From an uncultured delta proteobacterium (GTDB lineage: Bacteria > Myxococcota > Myxococcia > Myxococcales > Myxococcaceae), in contig CAWCKH010000004.1 in NCBI GenBank assembly GCA_963796055.1, forward strand, positions 2,528,001 to 2,592,000: 64,000 nt of DNA, in the 5' to 3' direction. The first letter of the stretch is position 1. Each line of letters begins with the position of its first letter. Shown here piece by piece: positions 29,740 through 39,000 of this stretch. Made by a program: the position numbers and the translations under genes. The notes beneath the pieces are model-generated. The model was not told the DNA's origin and did no database searches. It saw only the letters and a program-made list of their open reading frames with translations.

Positions 29740-30639
29740 GTGGACAAGGTCACCATCCACACGCTGAAGCGCCTGAAGCAGGCCGGCCAGAGAATCACCA
29801 TGGTCACGGCCTACGACGCCACCTTCGCCCGCATTGTGGACGACGCCGGAGCCGACGTGCTCCTGGTCGGGGACAGCCTGGGCATGGTGGTGCAGGGTCA
29901 CGAGTCGACCCTGCCCGTCACCATGGACCAGATGGTCTACCACTGCCGCGCTGTGAGCCGCGGGACGAAGCGGGCCCACGTGGTGGGCGACCTGCCGTTC
30001 CTCAGCTACCAGGCATCCGTGCCCGAGGCGGTGAAGAACGCCGGCCGGCTCCTCGCCGAGGGCGGAGTGAGCAGCGTGAAGCTCGAGGGCGGCGCGGAGT
30101 TCGCCGAGACCATCGAGGCCATCGTCCGTGCGGGCATCCCGGTCATGGGACACCTGGGGCTGACGCCGCAGTCGGTACACCGGATGGGCGGCTTCGTCGT
30201 GCAGGGTCGGGAGGAGGAGCAGGCGAAGGCCATCTTCCGCGACGCGCAGGCGCTGGAGCGGGCGGGCTGCTACGCGCTGGTGCTCGAGGGCATGCCGAAG
30301 GAGCTGGCGCGGGACATCACCGCCTCCCTGCGCATTCCCACCATCGGCATCGGCGCCGGCATCGACTGCGACGGCCAGGTGCTGGTCTGCTACGACCTCT
30401 TCGGCTTCAACCCCGACTTCAAGCCCAAGTTCGTGAAGCGGTTCGTCGATGGGTACGGCGTGCTCCGCGGGGCGGCCGAGGCGTTCTGCGCCGAGGTGCG
30501 AGGCGGGACGTTCCCCGGCGACGAGCACTCCTTCACCAGCAAGGTTCCGCTCCGCCTGCTACCTGGGCAGGGCCAGGCCTCATCGGGCCCGTCGGGTGAG
30601 CTGGAGAAGGTCGGGCCCATCTACGGTGTCCCGGTGTGA
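29740..30639 (+). CDS. panB: Ketopantoate hydroxymethyltransferase
   Basis: [41 protein letters not shown] before GTG 29740. Confidence 0.96.
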   Translation: MDKVTIHTLKRLKQAGQRITMVTAYDATFARIVDDAGADVLLVGDSLGMVVQGHESTLPVTMDQMVYHCRAVSRGTKRAHVVGDLPFLSYQASVPEAVKNAGRLLAEGGVSSVKLEGGAEFAETIEAIVRAGIPVMGHLGLTPQSVHRMGGFVVQGREEEQAKAIFRDAQALERAGCYALVLEGMPKELARDITASLRIPTIGIGAGIDCDGQVLVCYDLFGFNPDFKPKFVKRFVDGYGVLRGAAEAFCAEVRGGTFPGDEHSFTSKVPLRLLPGQGQASSGPSGELEKVGPIYGVPV

Positions 30640-31481
30640 TGCGCGTTCTCCGCACCCCGGCCGAGCTCGCCGAGTGGACGGAGACGGCGCGGCGCCACGG
30701 CCGGCGGGTGGGTCTGGTGCCGACGATGGGGTTCCTCCACCGGGGGCACCTGAGCCTGATGGAGGCCTCGGCTGAGCGCGCCGACAGCACGGTGGTGAGC
30801 ATCTTCGTGAATCCGACCCAGTTCGGGCCGAACGAGGACCTGGCGCGCTACCCCCGTGATCTCGAGGGCGACCTCCACCAGTGCCGGGAGGCGCGGATGG
30901 ACGCGATGTTCGCGCCCGACGCCGGGGCGATGTACCCCCCTGGGCACAGGACGTACGTCGAGGTGACGGGCCTTCAAGATGGTCTGTGCGGTGCACGGCG
31001 GCCAGGCCACTTCCGGGGTGTGGCCACGGTGGTGACCCAGCTCTTCACGCTGGCCCGGCCGCACCTGGCAGTGTTCGGCGAGAAGGACTGGCAGCAGCTG
31101 CAGATCGTCCGGCGCCTCGCGGTGGACTTGCACCTCGGGGTGGAGGTGGTGGGGATGCCCATCGTGCGCGAGGCGGACGGGCTGGCGATGAGCTCGCGGA
31201 ACGCCTACCTCTCCCCGTCCGAGCGGGCGCGGGCCCTGGCGCTGAGCCGCGGCCTGCTGGCGGCCCGGGGCCGGTGGTCGGCGGGCGAGCAGGGGGTGGA
31301 GGCGCTCCGGGACGCGGTCCGGGCCGAGCTCCGGGCGGCGGAGGTCCGCGAGGACTACGTCGAGCTGGTGGAACCCGCCACGCTCGAGCCCCTGAAGCGG
31401 GCGGAGCGGCCCGACGCCCGCCTCCTGGTCGCCGCCTTCGTGGGCGCCACCCGGCTGATCGACAACACCCCCGTCGGCTGA
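30636..31481 (+). CDS. panC: Pantoate-beta-alanine ligase
   Basis: [43 protein letters not shown]. Confidence 0.96.
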   Translation: MMRVLRTPAELAEWTETARRHGRRVGLVPTMGFLHRGHLSLMEASAERADSTVVSIFVNPTQFGPNEDLARYPRDLEGDLHQCREARMDAMFAPDAGAMYPPGHRTYVEVTGLQDGLCGARRPGHFRGVATVVTQLFTLARPHLAVFGEKDWQQLQIVRRLAVDLHLGVEVVGMPIVREADGLAMSSRNAYLSPSERARALALSRGLLAARGRWSAGEQGVEALRDAVRAELRAAEVREDYVELVEPATLEPLKRAERPDARLLVAAFVGATRLIDNTPVG

Positions 31482-31498
31482 GAGGGGCCCGAACCCCC

Positions 31499-31965
31499 AT
31501 GGCGCACAAGGAAGCCCCCGGCGAGCTGGTGGTCGCCACGAACCGAAAGGCACGGGCTTCCTACACCGTCGAGGACACGCTCGAGGCAGGGCTGGCCCTG
31601 CTGGGCAGCGAGGTGAAGAGCCTCCGGGCAGGGGCGGTCCAGATGGCCGACGCCTTCGCCCAGCCGCGCGGGGGGAGCTGTACCTTCACTCCCTGCGGAT
31701 CGCCCCATACGGGGCCGCGGCGGCCTTTCCCCACGACCCGGTCCGCCCCCGCAAGCTTCTGCTGCACCGTGCCGAGCTGGACAGCTGGGGAGCCAAGGTG
31801 CGCGAACGGGGTTATTCCATCGTCCCGCTCGTGCTTTACTTCAAACACGGGAAGGCCAAGGTCCAGCTGGGGCTGGTCCGGGGTAAGACCCACGAGGACC
31901 GACGCGAGGACATCAAGGAGCGCGACACTCGACGGGAAATGGATCGCGCACTGCGCCGACGTTAG
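31499..31965 (+). CDS. smpB: SsrA-binding protein, one base missing in the G run at 31670-31675
   Basis: [19 protein letters not shown] in the first frame, then ELYL...RKLLLHR..RGK..DRRE.IKERD..R to TAG 31965 in the -1 frame. Confidence 0.9.
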
Positions 31966-31986
31966 ACGCTGGACGCTGGGACGGGC

Positions 31987-32469
31987 ATGGACGATCGAGC
32001 CTCGGAGAAGAAGGACCGCCTGCTTGCCGCCCTGGAGCGGGGACTGGTCATGGTCCATCTGGACGCCCGCCGCCCGGGGGTGCTGGTCCCACCCGAGCTT
32101 CGCTGCGAGTCCCACCTCCGCTTGCACCTCAGTTACAAGTTCGTCCCACCGGACCTGGCGGTGGGTGAATGGGGCATCCGCAGCACCCTGAGCTTCAGCG
32201 GTCGGCGCTTCACCGTGGCGCTTCCGTGGAGCGCGCTCTTCGCCATCACCAGCAAGGTGACGCACGAGTTCTGGATGTTCCCCGAGGACATGCCGGCCGA
32301 GCTGACGCAGATCCCGCCGCCCACCTTGCGCGCCGCGGCCACCGCCCATCGGCCGCTGGAGGCGAGGCCAGTCGGGCTCCGCGAGGTGAACGGCGAGCGC
32401 AAATCCGGTGAGGACGAGGGCGGAGAGGCGCCCCCCGGCAGGGCGCACCTCAAGCTCATCAAGTCGTAG
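31987..32469 (+). CDS. SspB-like ClpXP adaptor / stringent starvation protein B
   Basis: [17 protein letters not shown]....PWSALF and C-terminal HLKLIK XB-like tail; next to smpB. Confidence 0.8.
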   Translation: MDDRASEKKDRLLAALERGLVMVHLDARRPGVLVPPELRCESHLRLHLSYKFVPPDLAVGEWGIRSTLSFSGRRFTVALPWSALFAITSKVTHEFWMFPEDMPAELTQIPPPTLRAAATAHRPLEARPVGLREVNGERKSGEDEGGEAPPGRAHLKLIKS

Positions 32470-32484
32470 GAGCACCGGCCAGCG

Positions 32485-33126
32485 ATGTGGGCTGCGCTCG
32501 TCTGCACCCTGCTGCCCGGCGCGCCGACGCTCCCGTCGGAGGTCCCCTTCCTCGCCCGCGAGGTGACGCCCGACGGGCACCTCGATGCTGCCGAGTGGGT
32601 GGGCGCCCGCGAGGTCCGTGCCGACGGGATGCGGGTGCGCCTCGGCCGGCGGGGCGAGGTGCTCGCGGTCGCGGTCGAGCTCGAGGCGCCGGGCATCTCC
32701 ACCCTGCTGCTGGGCTCGGGGGACCGGGTGTGGGTGCTGCATGTCTCGGCTGCGCTGGGGACGGGCGAGTACCGCTGCGCGAATGGGAGCGCATGTACCC
32801 GGACGCGGGACTTCGACTACCGCTGCCGGGACCCATCGTCCTCGCCGGCGGCAGAACGCTGCCGGACCGAGTTCCGCCGCGGCGATGGCTGGATCGCCAA
32901 CGTGAACCCGCAGGGCACGCGGACCCGGGAGTTCCTCGTCGACGTCCGCCGGTTCGGGGCCGAGGGGCAGCCGGTATTTCTCGCGGTGACCGGCCTGGTG
33001 TTTCCCGAGCGGGCGGGACGGTGGCCTGCGGGAGATGACGACGCGGGGTCGCTGAAGCTCCAGCAGGGGTTTCTCGGGGAATCCGCCCGGTTCTCGCCGC
33101 GGACGTGGTGGCCGATCCGCCTCTGA
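32485..33126 (+). CDS. Hypothetical exported protein
   Basis: AGGAG SD, hydrophobic N-terminus, PDGHLD..EW motif. Confidence 0.6.
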   Translation: MWAALVCTLLPGAPTLPSEVPFLAREVTPDGHLDAAEWVGAREVRADGMRVRLGRRGEVLAVAVELEAPGISTLLLGSGDRVWVLHVSAALGTGEYRCANGSACTRTRDFDYRCRDPSSSPAAERCRTEFRRGDGWIANVNPQGTRTREFLVDVRRFGAEGQPVFLAVTGLVFPERAGRWPAGDDDAGSLKLQQGFLGESARFSPRTWWPIRL

Positions 33127-33463
33127 GCCCAGCGGAGGCTCCGTCACCGTGTCGACGGGTTCCGGAGTGAGCGGAGGACCCCGGCGGTCACGGCTGGCCC
33201 GGGAACGCGGCCGCGGTACGAATCCCCGGCGGCCTGCGCGACTCCTGGCGCTCTGACGGCGCGCGGGCAGACGTCCGGGGCTGCGGACCATGTTCGGAAC
33301 GTGGAGTGCGACTTGGCGTTCCCGAAGTGCAGTCGATCCGGGGATCGCAGGGTCGACCGTGATAACCCGGGCACGCGCGGGGCCGAGGCCAGCGCCGTCC
33401 CGCCCGAACCTCACGGACCCGGGAGCCGCTGTCTCCTCGGGGCAGCCGTTCCGTCCGTGCGAC

Positions 33464-34144
33464 CTACCGCCGGCGCAGGTTCGCCTCCAGCGTTGCCTGC
33501 TGCCCGCCCATGGTGAGGCCCACCCACGGCCTGTAGCCAGCCTTCCGCACCTCGACCCGGAGCGGCTCCCTCGGCCAGACGTTGTCCCCGGCCCAGGGCG
33601 TGATGCCGACCTCCGTTCCGCCGACCAGCACCGTGGCCCCGGAGGGCTCGCTGAGGACCAGCAGCGTGGGTGCGGGCGTGCCCACCCGCTTCTCCTTCAC
33701 CTCCGCATCCTTCTTCGGCTCGGTCCGGAGGAGGTCGAAGGAGAATCCCTTCCAGCCGGTGAGCTTGCCCGTCGTCACCACCCAGACGCCGGCCACCGCG
33801 ACCCCGAGCACCGCGGCGCGGAGGATCCACCGTCCCCAGCGGATGTCCGGCATGCCGTACCGGATCGGCTTCTCCGGCGGGATCGGGGCGAAGTCCGACA
33901 CCATCGGCGGCGGCGCCCGCTCGGCCAGCTCCACCCGCTCCGGCCGATCGGCAACCGTGCGGACCGGTGGCGGCAGGGAGATGATGGTCGGCTCGTAGGC
34001 GGGATCGCGGAGAAGCGAGTCCTCCTGCGGCACCGTGACCTCGTGGAGGAGCGGGATGGGCTTGGCGGGCCGGAGCGCGCCATCCTCTCCCAGCGCCTTG
34101 CCGGAGAAGATTCGATCCTCGTCCTCGTCGGGGGGCTGGCTCAT
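33464..34144 (-). CDS. Membrane-anchored PEGA-domain protein
   Basis: Single TM followed by SEPSGATVLVGG..VGITP ... KAGY. Confidence 0.8.
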   Translation of the reverse strand: MSQPPDEDEDRIFSGKALGEDGALRPAKPIPLLHEVTVPQEDSLLRDPAYEPTIISLPPPVRTVADRPERVELAERAPPPMVSDFAPIPPEKPIRYGMPDIRWGRWILRAAVLGVAVAGVWVVTTGKLTGWKGFSFDLLRTEPKKDAEVKEKRVGTPAPTLLVLSEPSGATVLVGGTEVGITPWAGDNVWPREPLRVEVRKAGYRPWVGLTMGGQQATLEANLRRR

Positions 34145-34157
34145 CGTCGGCGGCGGC

Positions 34158-34508
34158 TCAGCTGGGGGCGGGCGCGCGCTCCGTCACCTCGCGCAGCACC
34201 GCCCAGGGGAAGATTCCGGTCGCGTGCTGGTCGCTGAAGGTGATCTGCAGCGCGTAGTTCCCCACCGGCGTGACCTCCCGGATGGTGAGCGTCTCGGGCA
34301 CGCTGGCCGGGTCCACCGTCCGCGCGCTGGTCCACTCGTCCACGCATCCGGCGCACGGACAGGCCAGGCGGAGCGAGCGCGCGGTGGAGGCGGTACGCTT
34401 GCCGTCCTCCCAGTGCAGCCGGAGGACCTTCCCGTCGCGGGTCACGTCCATGTGTATGGCGGTGGGCGGCGCCGGCGGCGCCGGCTTCAGCTTGTCCCAG
34501 AAGCTCAT
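34158..34508 (-). CDS. DUF971 / GBBH-like N-terminal domain protein
   Basis: WEDG, LRLACPCAGC, VGNYAL, FSDQHATGIF. Confidence 0.88.
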   Translation of the reverse strand: MSFWDKLKPAPPAPPTAIHMDVTRDGKVLRLHWEDGKRTASTARSLRLACPCAGCVDEWTSARTVDPASVPETLTIREVTPVGNYALQITFSDQHATGIFPWAVLREVTERAPAPS

Positions 34509-34534
34509 GGCCGTTCCCATCGCCTGTTCACCGC

Positions 34535-36244
34535 TCACGATGCAAGCGGCACCGCCGACCGCGCGGGCGCCTCGGCGAAGGCCCCCTTCTTCTCCAGGAC
34601 CCGGGCCAGTGCGTCCACCACCTCGGGGTCCAGCGACACGCCGCGCAGCCGGTTCATCACCTCCATCGCCGCGTGTGTCCCCATGGCCCGCTGGTAAGGC
34701 CGGGTGGAGGTGCACGCGTCCCAGGTGTCGGCGCAGGCGACCACCCGGGCGATGAGCGGGATGGCCGAGCCACGAAGCCCCTCGGGGTAGCCCGTCCCGT
34801 TCCACTTCTCGTGGTGGCTCCGCACCGCGTCCCGCGCTGTCCCGAGGAAGCTCACCGGCCCGACGATGGAGGCGCCGATGCTGGGGTGCTCGCGCATGAT
34901 GCTCATCTCGTCCGGCGTGAGCTGGGTCTGCTTGCAGAGGATGTTCTCGGCGATGCCGATCTTCCCGATGTCGTGGAGGATCCCCCCGTAGCGGAGCTGC
35001 TTCACCTCGCGTTCGCTCAGCCCGAGCTCGCGGCCGATCTCCGCCGCCATGTCCCCGACCCGCTGACTGTGGCCCCGGGTATACGCGTCCTTGCTGTCGA
35101 TGCTGTTGGCCAGAGCGAGGATGGTCTCGAGGTACCCGCGCTCCAGCGACTCGTAGAGCCCGCGGTTCTCCTTGTCGTAGGCGAGCAGCTGCTGGCTCAT
35201 GTAGTTGAAGGTCTGGGCCAGCTCACCCAGCTCGTTCCGCGTTTGCACCTGCACCTGCGTCCCGAACTGCCCGCGGGCGATCTCCAGCGCCCCCCGGGTG
35301 AAGCCCTTCAGCGGCCGGGTGAGGCCGCGGGAGAAGACCAGCGCCAGCAGGAGCGCCACGCCCGCCGCGGCCACCAGTCCCAGCCCGATGCGCCGCTGCA
35401 TCAGGTGCACCTGGGTGTACGCCGCGTCGAGCGGCTGCTCGCTCACCACCGCCCAGCCGGGGCCGGGGATGACCGCCGAGGCGGCGACCACCCGCCCCTC
35501 GCCTTCGCCGAAGTTGCCCACCCAGGTGACCTCGCGCTCGGGTGAGCCCTTCAGCATCCTCAGCGCCGGGGTCACCGCCGGGCGTGCCGAGGCGTCCTCG
35601 CCGGCACGGACGTGGTCGGGCGCGCCGGCGAGGAGTCGCCCCGCGGCGTCCACCACGTAGGCGAAGCCGGTGCTGCCCACGTGCTCGGCCTCCAGTGCGT
35701 GGCCCAGCGCCGACAGCGACAGCTCGGCCGCCACGTACCCGCGCGCCGGTTCGCCGAGCGGGAAGGCGAAGGTGAGGCTCGGCGGGCGCCCGGGGAGGAT
35801 GGTGGCCGGGCTCCAGCGCACCGCCTCCGGTCCGGGCCCGAGCAGCGCCCGGGCGCGGGCCTCGTGCTCGGCGACCTCGGTGGGCGGCAGGTCCTTCACC
35901 GCGAACGCCTGCAGCCCCGGGAGGCGCTCGCCGCGGGCGGAGAAGACGGTGATCGCGGTCAGGTCGCGTCGCTCGGTGAGCACCGCCGCCAGGTGCGCCC
36001 GCTGCTCGGCCGGTGGGAGGGAGAAGAACCCCGGCACCCGGGCCAGCGCGGTGGCCGCGCGCACCGGCGCCTCGAGCGCCATGGTGGCCTTCAGCGAGAC
36101 CTGACCCACGCGCTCGGCGGCCAGCTCCTGGGCGTCGCGGGTGAGGAGCTCGCGGGTGTCGGAGAGCACGAGCAGTCCCACCAGGCCCGTGGACACCAGG
36201 GCCACCCCGAGCATCAAGAGGAAGATGGCGGTGAAGAGCCTCAC
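34535..36244 (-). CDS. pmxA: TM-Cache-TM-HAMP-HD-GYP cyclic dinucleotide phosphodiesterase (PmxA-like)
   Basis: Two TMs, Cache-like GSTGFAYVVD, HAMP (NELGELAQTFNYM), YTRGHS, LHDIGK, HHEKWNGTGYP, RPYQ. Confidence 0.78.
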   Translation of the reverse strand: MRLFTAIFLLMLGVALVSTGLVGLLVLSDTRELLTRDAQELAAERVGQVSLKATMALEAPVRAATALARVPGFFSLPPAEQRAHLAAVLTERRDLTAITVFSARGERLPGLQAFAVKDLPPTEVAEHEARARALLGPGPEAVRWSPATILPGRPPSLTFAFPLGEPARGYVAAELSLSALGHALEAEHVGSTGFAYVVDAAGRLLAGAPDHVRAGEDASARPAVTPALRMLKGSPEREVTWVGNFGEGEGRVVAASAVIPGPGWAVVSEQPLDAAYTQVHLMQRRIGLGLVAAAGVALLLALVFSRGLTRPLKGFTRGALEIARGQFGTQVQVQTRNELGELAQTFNYMSQQLLAYDKENRGLYESLERGYLETILALANSIDSKDAYTRGHSQRVGDMAAEIGRELGLSEREVKQLRYGGILHDIGKIGIAENILCKQTQLTPDEMSIMREHPSIGASIVGPVSFLGTARDAVRSHHEKWNGTGYPEGLRGSAIPLIARVVACADTWDACTSTRPYQRAMGTHAAMEVMNRLRGVSLDPEVVDALARVLEKKGAFAEAPARSAVPLAS

Positions 36245-37152
36245 TGCCAGGGAGTCTCCTTCACCTCGAGCTTGATGCGACCCGGGACGAGCTGGACCGC
36301 CCGGGTCGCCCCCGGCCCGAGCGTCCCGTCCGACTGCACCGCCCGCACCGTCCAGCGGTACTTGCCCGCCGGCAGCGCGGGCACCGTCACCACCGGCTGT
36401 GCGGTGCGGATGCTCTGGCTGCGTGGGCCCGCCAGCTCCAGCACGTACCCCGTTGCCTCGGCCACCGGCTTCCAGGCGAAGCGCACCGGGCCGAGCCCGC
36501 CCGGCGCGGGCTCGAGCGCCAGCTTCAGGCCCGGCTCGGGCGAGAGGAGAATCGGCGGCTCGCCGGCGACGGCGCTCGCCGCCGACTCGAGCTGCGGGGC
36601 CCCTGGCGGCTCACCCCGGATGACGGTGAGCGTCTCGCCGGCGCGCACCGCCCGGGCCCGGCCCTGGGCCTCCACCCGCACCGGCACTCCCTCGCGCACC
36701 GCCACCCGGGTGCGCCCGTCGGGTTCCACCGCCACCGCGAAATGCGAGCGCTCCTCGCGGGCCTCGGCGAGCAGCTTCCATGCTCCGTCGGCCTGCGCCG
36801 CCGCCTCGGCATACCTGGCGCGGGCGAGCAGCGCCTCGGCCTCCGCGAGCCGGGCCTCGGCCTCGGTCCGGGCGCTACCCGCGGGGGCCTGCCCCACCGC
36901 GCTCCGGGCCGAGCCGATGGCTGCCACCGCCCGGGCGCGCTCGGGCCCGGGGACGAGCACCCGGGTGCCAGCGGCCGGAGTTCCCTGGAGGTGGTTGAAG
37001 GCGAGCAGCTCGGGGCCGGCGCCTTCGCTGCCCAGCGTGCGCGCGGCGAGCTGGGCCAGCGACTCCCCGGGGCGGACGACGGTCTCCCCCGAGAGCGGGG
37101 TGGTGGCCGCCGAGGTGAGGAGCGCGAGCGCGGCTGCGAGGGCGGGGCTCAC
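36241..37152 (-). CDS. Exported protein with LysM, FecR C-half-like segment and FN3-like domain
   Basis: GTG 37152 signal peptide; VVRPGESLAQLAAR.LG (LysM); FAVAVEPDGRTRVAVREG; FAWKPV..Y.LEL ... GKYRWTVRAV. Confidence 0.8.
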   Translation of the reverse strand: MSPALAAALALLTSAATTPLSGETVVRPGESLAQLAARTLGSEGAGPELLAFNHLQGTPAAGTRVLVPGPERARAVAAIGSARSAVGQAPAGSARTEAEARLAEAEALLARARYAEAAAQADGAWKLLAEAREERSHFAVAVEPDGRTRVAVREGVPVRVEAQGRARAVRAGETLTVIRGEPPGAPQLESAASAVAGEPPILLSPEPGLKLALEPAPGGLGPVRFAWKPVAEATGYVLELAGPRSQSIRTAQPVVTVPALPAGKYRWTVRAVQSDGTLGPGATRAVQLVPGRIKLEVKETPWQ

Positions 37153-37586
37153 TGGAAGACGATCTCCCGCCCAGCACGCACGGTGGCTGCCGGGGTGCCG
37201 ACGGTGAGGGACTGGTTCGCCGGACGGTCGAGGGTGGCGTCGACGGCGCCGCGGAGCACCGTGACGTCCGCCTGCGGCCGTCCGGGGGCGGCGCGCGTCT
37301 CGGCGATGCCGAGCAGCGTGTCCTCGGAGACGACCACCACCGTCCCCGAGGGGAAGCGCAGCTCGGCCGAGCCGCCGCGCTCGGTGCGCAGCTTGTCGTC
37401 GTCGTAGAGCGCGGTGCCGTTCACCGCCGCCTGCCATTCGTCCCCGGCGGACCGCTTCACCGACACCGAGCCCGACACCTCGGCGAGCGTCGCCCGGACC
37501 GACTGCTTCGGCGCCGGTGCGGGCGGAGCCTTGGCGTCACGGCGACAGGCCGGAGCGCACACGAGCAGCGACAGGCACAACGCCAT
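37149..37586 (-). CDS. Putative lipoprotein with FecR N-half domain (alternative start 37607)
   Basis: Signal ending APAC; GSVSVKR..W, DKLRT..GSAELRF.SG, VTVLRG, TVGTPAATVRAG. Confidence 0.78.
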   Translation of the reverse strand: MALCLSLLVCAPACRRDAKAPPAPAPKQSVRATLAEVSGSVSVKRSAGDEWQAAVNGTALYDDDKLRTERGGSAELRFPSGTVVVVSEDTLLGIAETRAAPGRPQADVTVLRGAVDATLDRPANQSLTVGTPAATVRAGREIVFQ

Positions 37587-37647
37587 CGGAATCCAGTGGG
37601 CGAACACTTCCCTGCTTCGAGTGTACTTCAGCCTGCCTCGTCCAGGC

Positions 37648-38451
37648 TCAGGGCCCCAGCCGCCGGTGCCGCAGGGCCGGGAGGTTCCGTCGCACCCGGG
37701 CCAGCAGCTCCGGGTCCAGCTCGGCCAGGGCGAGCCCCTCGCCGTCCGAGGCCCGGGCGACGACCAGCCCCCAGGGGTCCACCACCATCGCCTGGCCGTA
37801 GGTGACCCGCTGATCCGTGTGCCGACCGCCCTGCGCAGGTGCGAGAACGTAGGCCTGGTTCTCGATGGCCCGGGCCCGGAGGAGCACCTCCCAGTGGTCC
37901 TTGCCGGTCATCAGGGTGAAGGCCGAAGGGACGGTGAGGAGCGTCGCGCCGGCGGCGGACAGGGCGCGGTACAGCTCGGGAAAGCGCAGGTCGTAGCAGA
38001 TGCTCAAGCCCACCGTGCCCAGCGGGGTCTCGGCGGTCACCGGACCCTCGCCGGGGGCCACGGCGTCGGACTCGCGGTAGCTCGCGCCGTCGCCCACCTC
38101 GGCGTCGAAGAGGTGGATCTTCCGGTACACGGCGAGCCGCCCACCGTCGGGCCCGAACAGGACGCTGGTGTTGTGGACCCGACCGCCCGGGGCACCGGCC
38201 TCGAGCACCGAGCCGGCCAGCAGGAAGATCCGGAGCTGCCGGGCGAGCTCGGCGAAGCGCGTCAGGGTCGGGCCGTCGAGTGGCTCGGCGGCGGACGGTC
38301 GGTCCTTCTCGGACCCCATCCAGGCGACGTTCTCCGGCAGGCCCACCAGGGCAGCGCCGCGCTCGGCGGCCCGACGCACCAGGCCGGTCGCGACGTCCAG
38401 GTTCCGGGAGCGGTCAGGGCCGGACGCCATCTGCACTGCGGCGATCAGCAT
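37648..38451 (-). CDS. Carbon-nitrogen hydrolase (Nit1-like)
   Basis: LPEN, YRKIHLFD, ICYDLRFPE, HWEVLLRARAIEN, DPWG. Confidence 0.93.
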   Translation of the reverse strand: MLIAAVQMASGPDRSRNLDVATGLVRRAAERGAALVGLPENVAWMGSEKDRPSAAEPLDGPTLTRFAELARQLRIFLLAGSVLEAGAPGGRVHNTSVLFGPDGGRLAVYRKIHLFDAEVGDGASYRESDAVAPGEGPVTAETPLGTVGLSICYDLRFPELYRALSAAGATLLTVPSAFTLMTGKDHWEVLLRARAIENQAYVLAPAQGGRHTDQRVTYGQAMVVDPWGLVVARASDGEGLALAELDPELLARVRRNLPALRHRRLGP

Positions 38452-38640
38452 GCCGGGGTCACGCGTAGCACGCCGGTGTGGACGGCGCGAAACGCCCGGG
38501 CCACCCACCCGGGGCCGGCCCGGAACCGGGGCGTGTCTGAGCGTTACAGTACGGTCGGCTGGTCGCTCAGGAGGCATCTCGCGGGTTTGACACGCCCCGG
38601 CCCGACCGGGCATGTGATGACTTTTTCCGGAGGTTTCGCC

Positions 38641-38823
38641 ATCGCTGCACCTGGAGCCACCAAACGGCTGAAAGAGCTCGCCCGGCAGCAGAAGCAGCGC
38701 GAGAAGGCCGAGAAGCGCGAGCAGCGGAAGCGGGAAAAGGCCGAGCGTCCGGCGCCCGCGGAGGGCGTGGACCCGGACATCGCCGGCATCGTGCCGGGCC
38801 CCCAGCCGCCGCTGGAGTTCTGA
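38641..38823 (+). CDS. Small basic protein (~60 aa), apparent ATC start (alternative ATG 38617)
   Basis: GGAGG at 38629-33, ATC 7 nt downstream; TKRLKELARQQKQREK...DPDIAGIVPGPQP; TTGACA at 38587. Confidence 0.7.
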   Translation: MAAPGATKRLKELARQQKQREKAEKREQRKREKAERPAPAEGVDPDIAGIVPGPQPPLEF

Positions 38824-38955
38824 CCCGCCCGCCCACCCGTGGAATATGCCCGAAGTCCGCGTGCTTCCGCTGCCGGGCTGGCCCCGGTCGCCTTGCGCCG
38901 GTGCGCCCCCGCGTGGTAGGGACCTCGGCGACATTTTTCGACGCTGCAGCACCTC

Positions 38956-38990
38956 GAAAAGTGGGCCCCGCGCCCGCTTTTTTCGTTTCT
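38956..38990 (+). promoter_or_regulatory. rimP leader terminator-like hairpin
   Basis: gaaaagtgggc-cccgc-gcccgcttttttc immediately upstream of rimP, the typical rimP-leader pattern. Confidence 0.75.
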
Positions 38991-39000
38991 AGGGCTCACC

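Noticed and set aside
31966..33463. tmRNA gene near smpB/sspB
   Set aside because: No tRNA-like 5' GGGG / 3' CCA acceptor and T-arm, and no tag reading frame, could be found.
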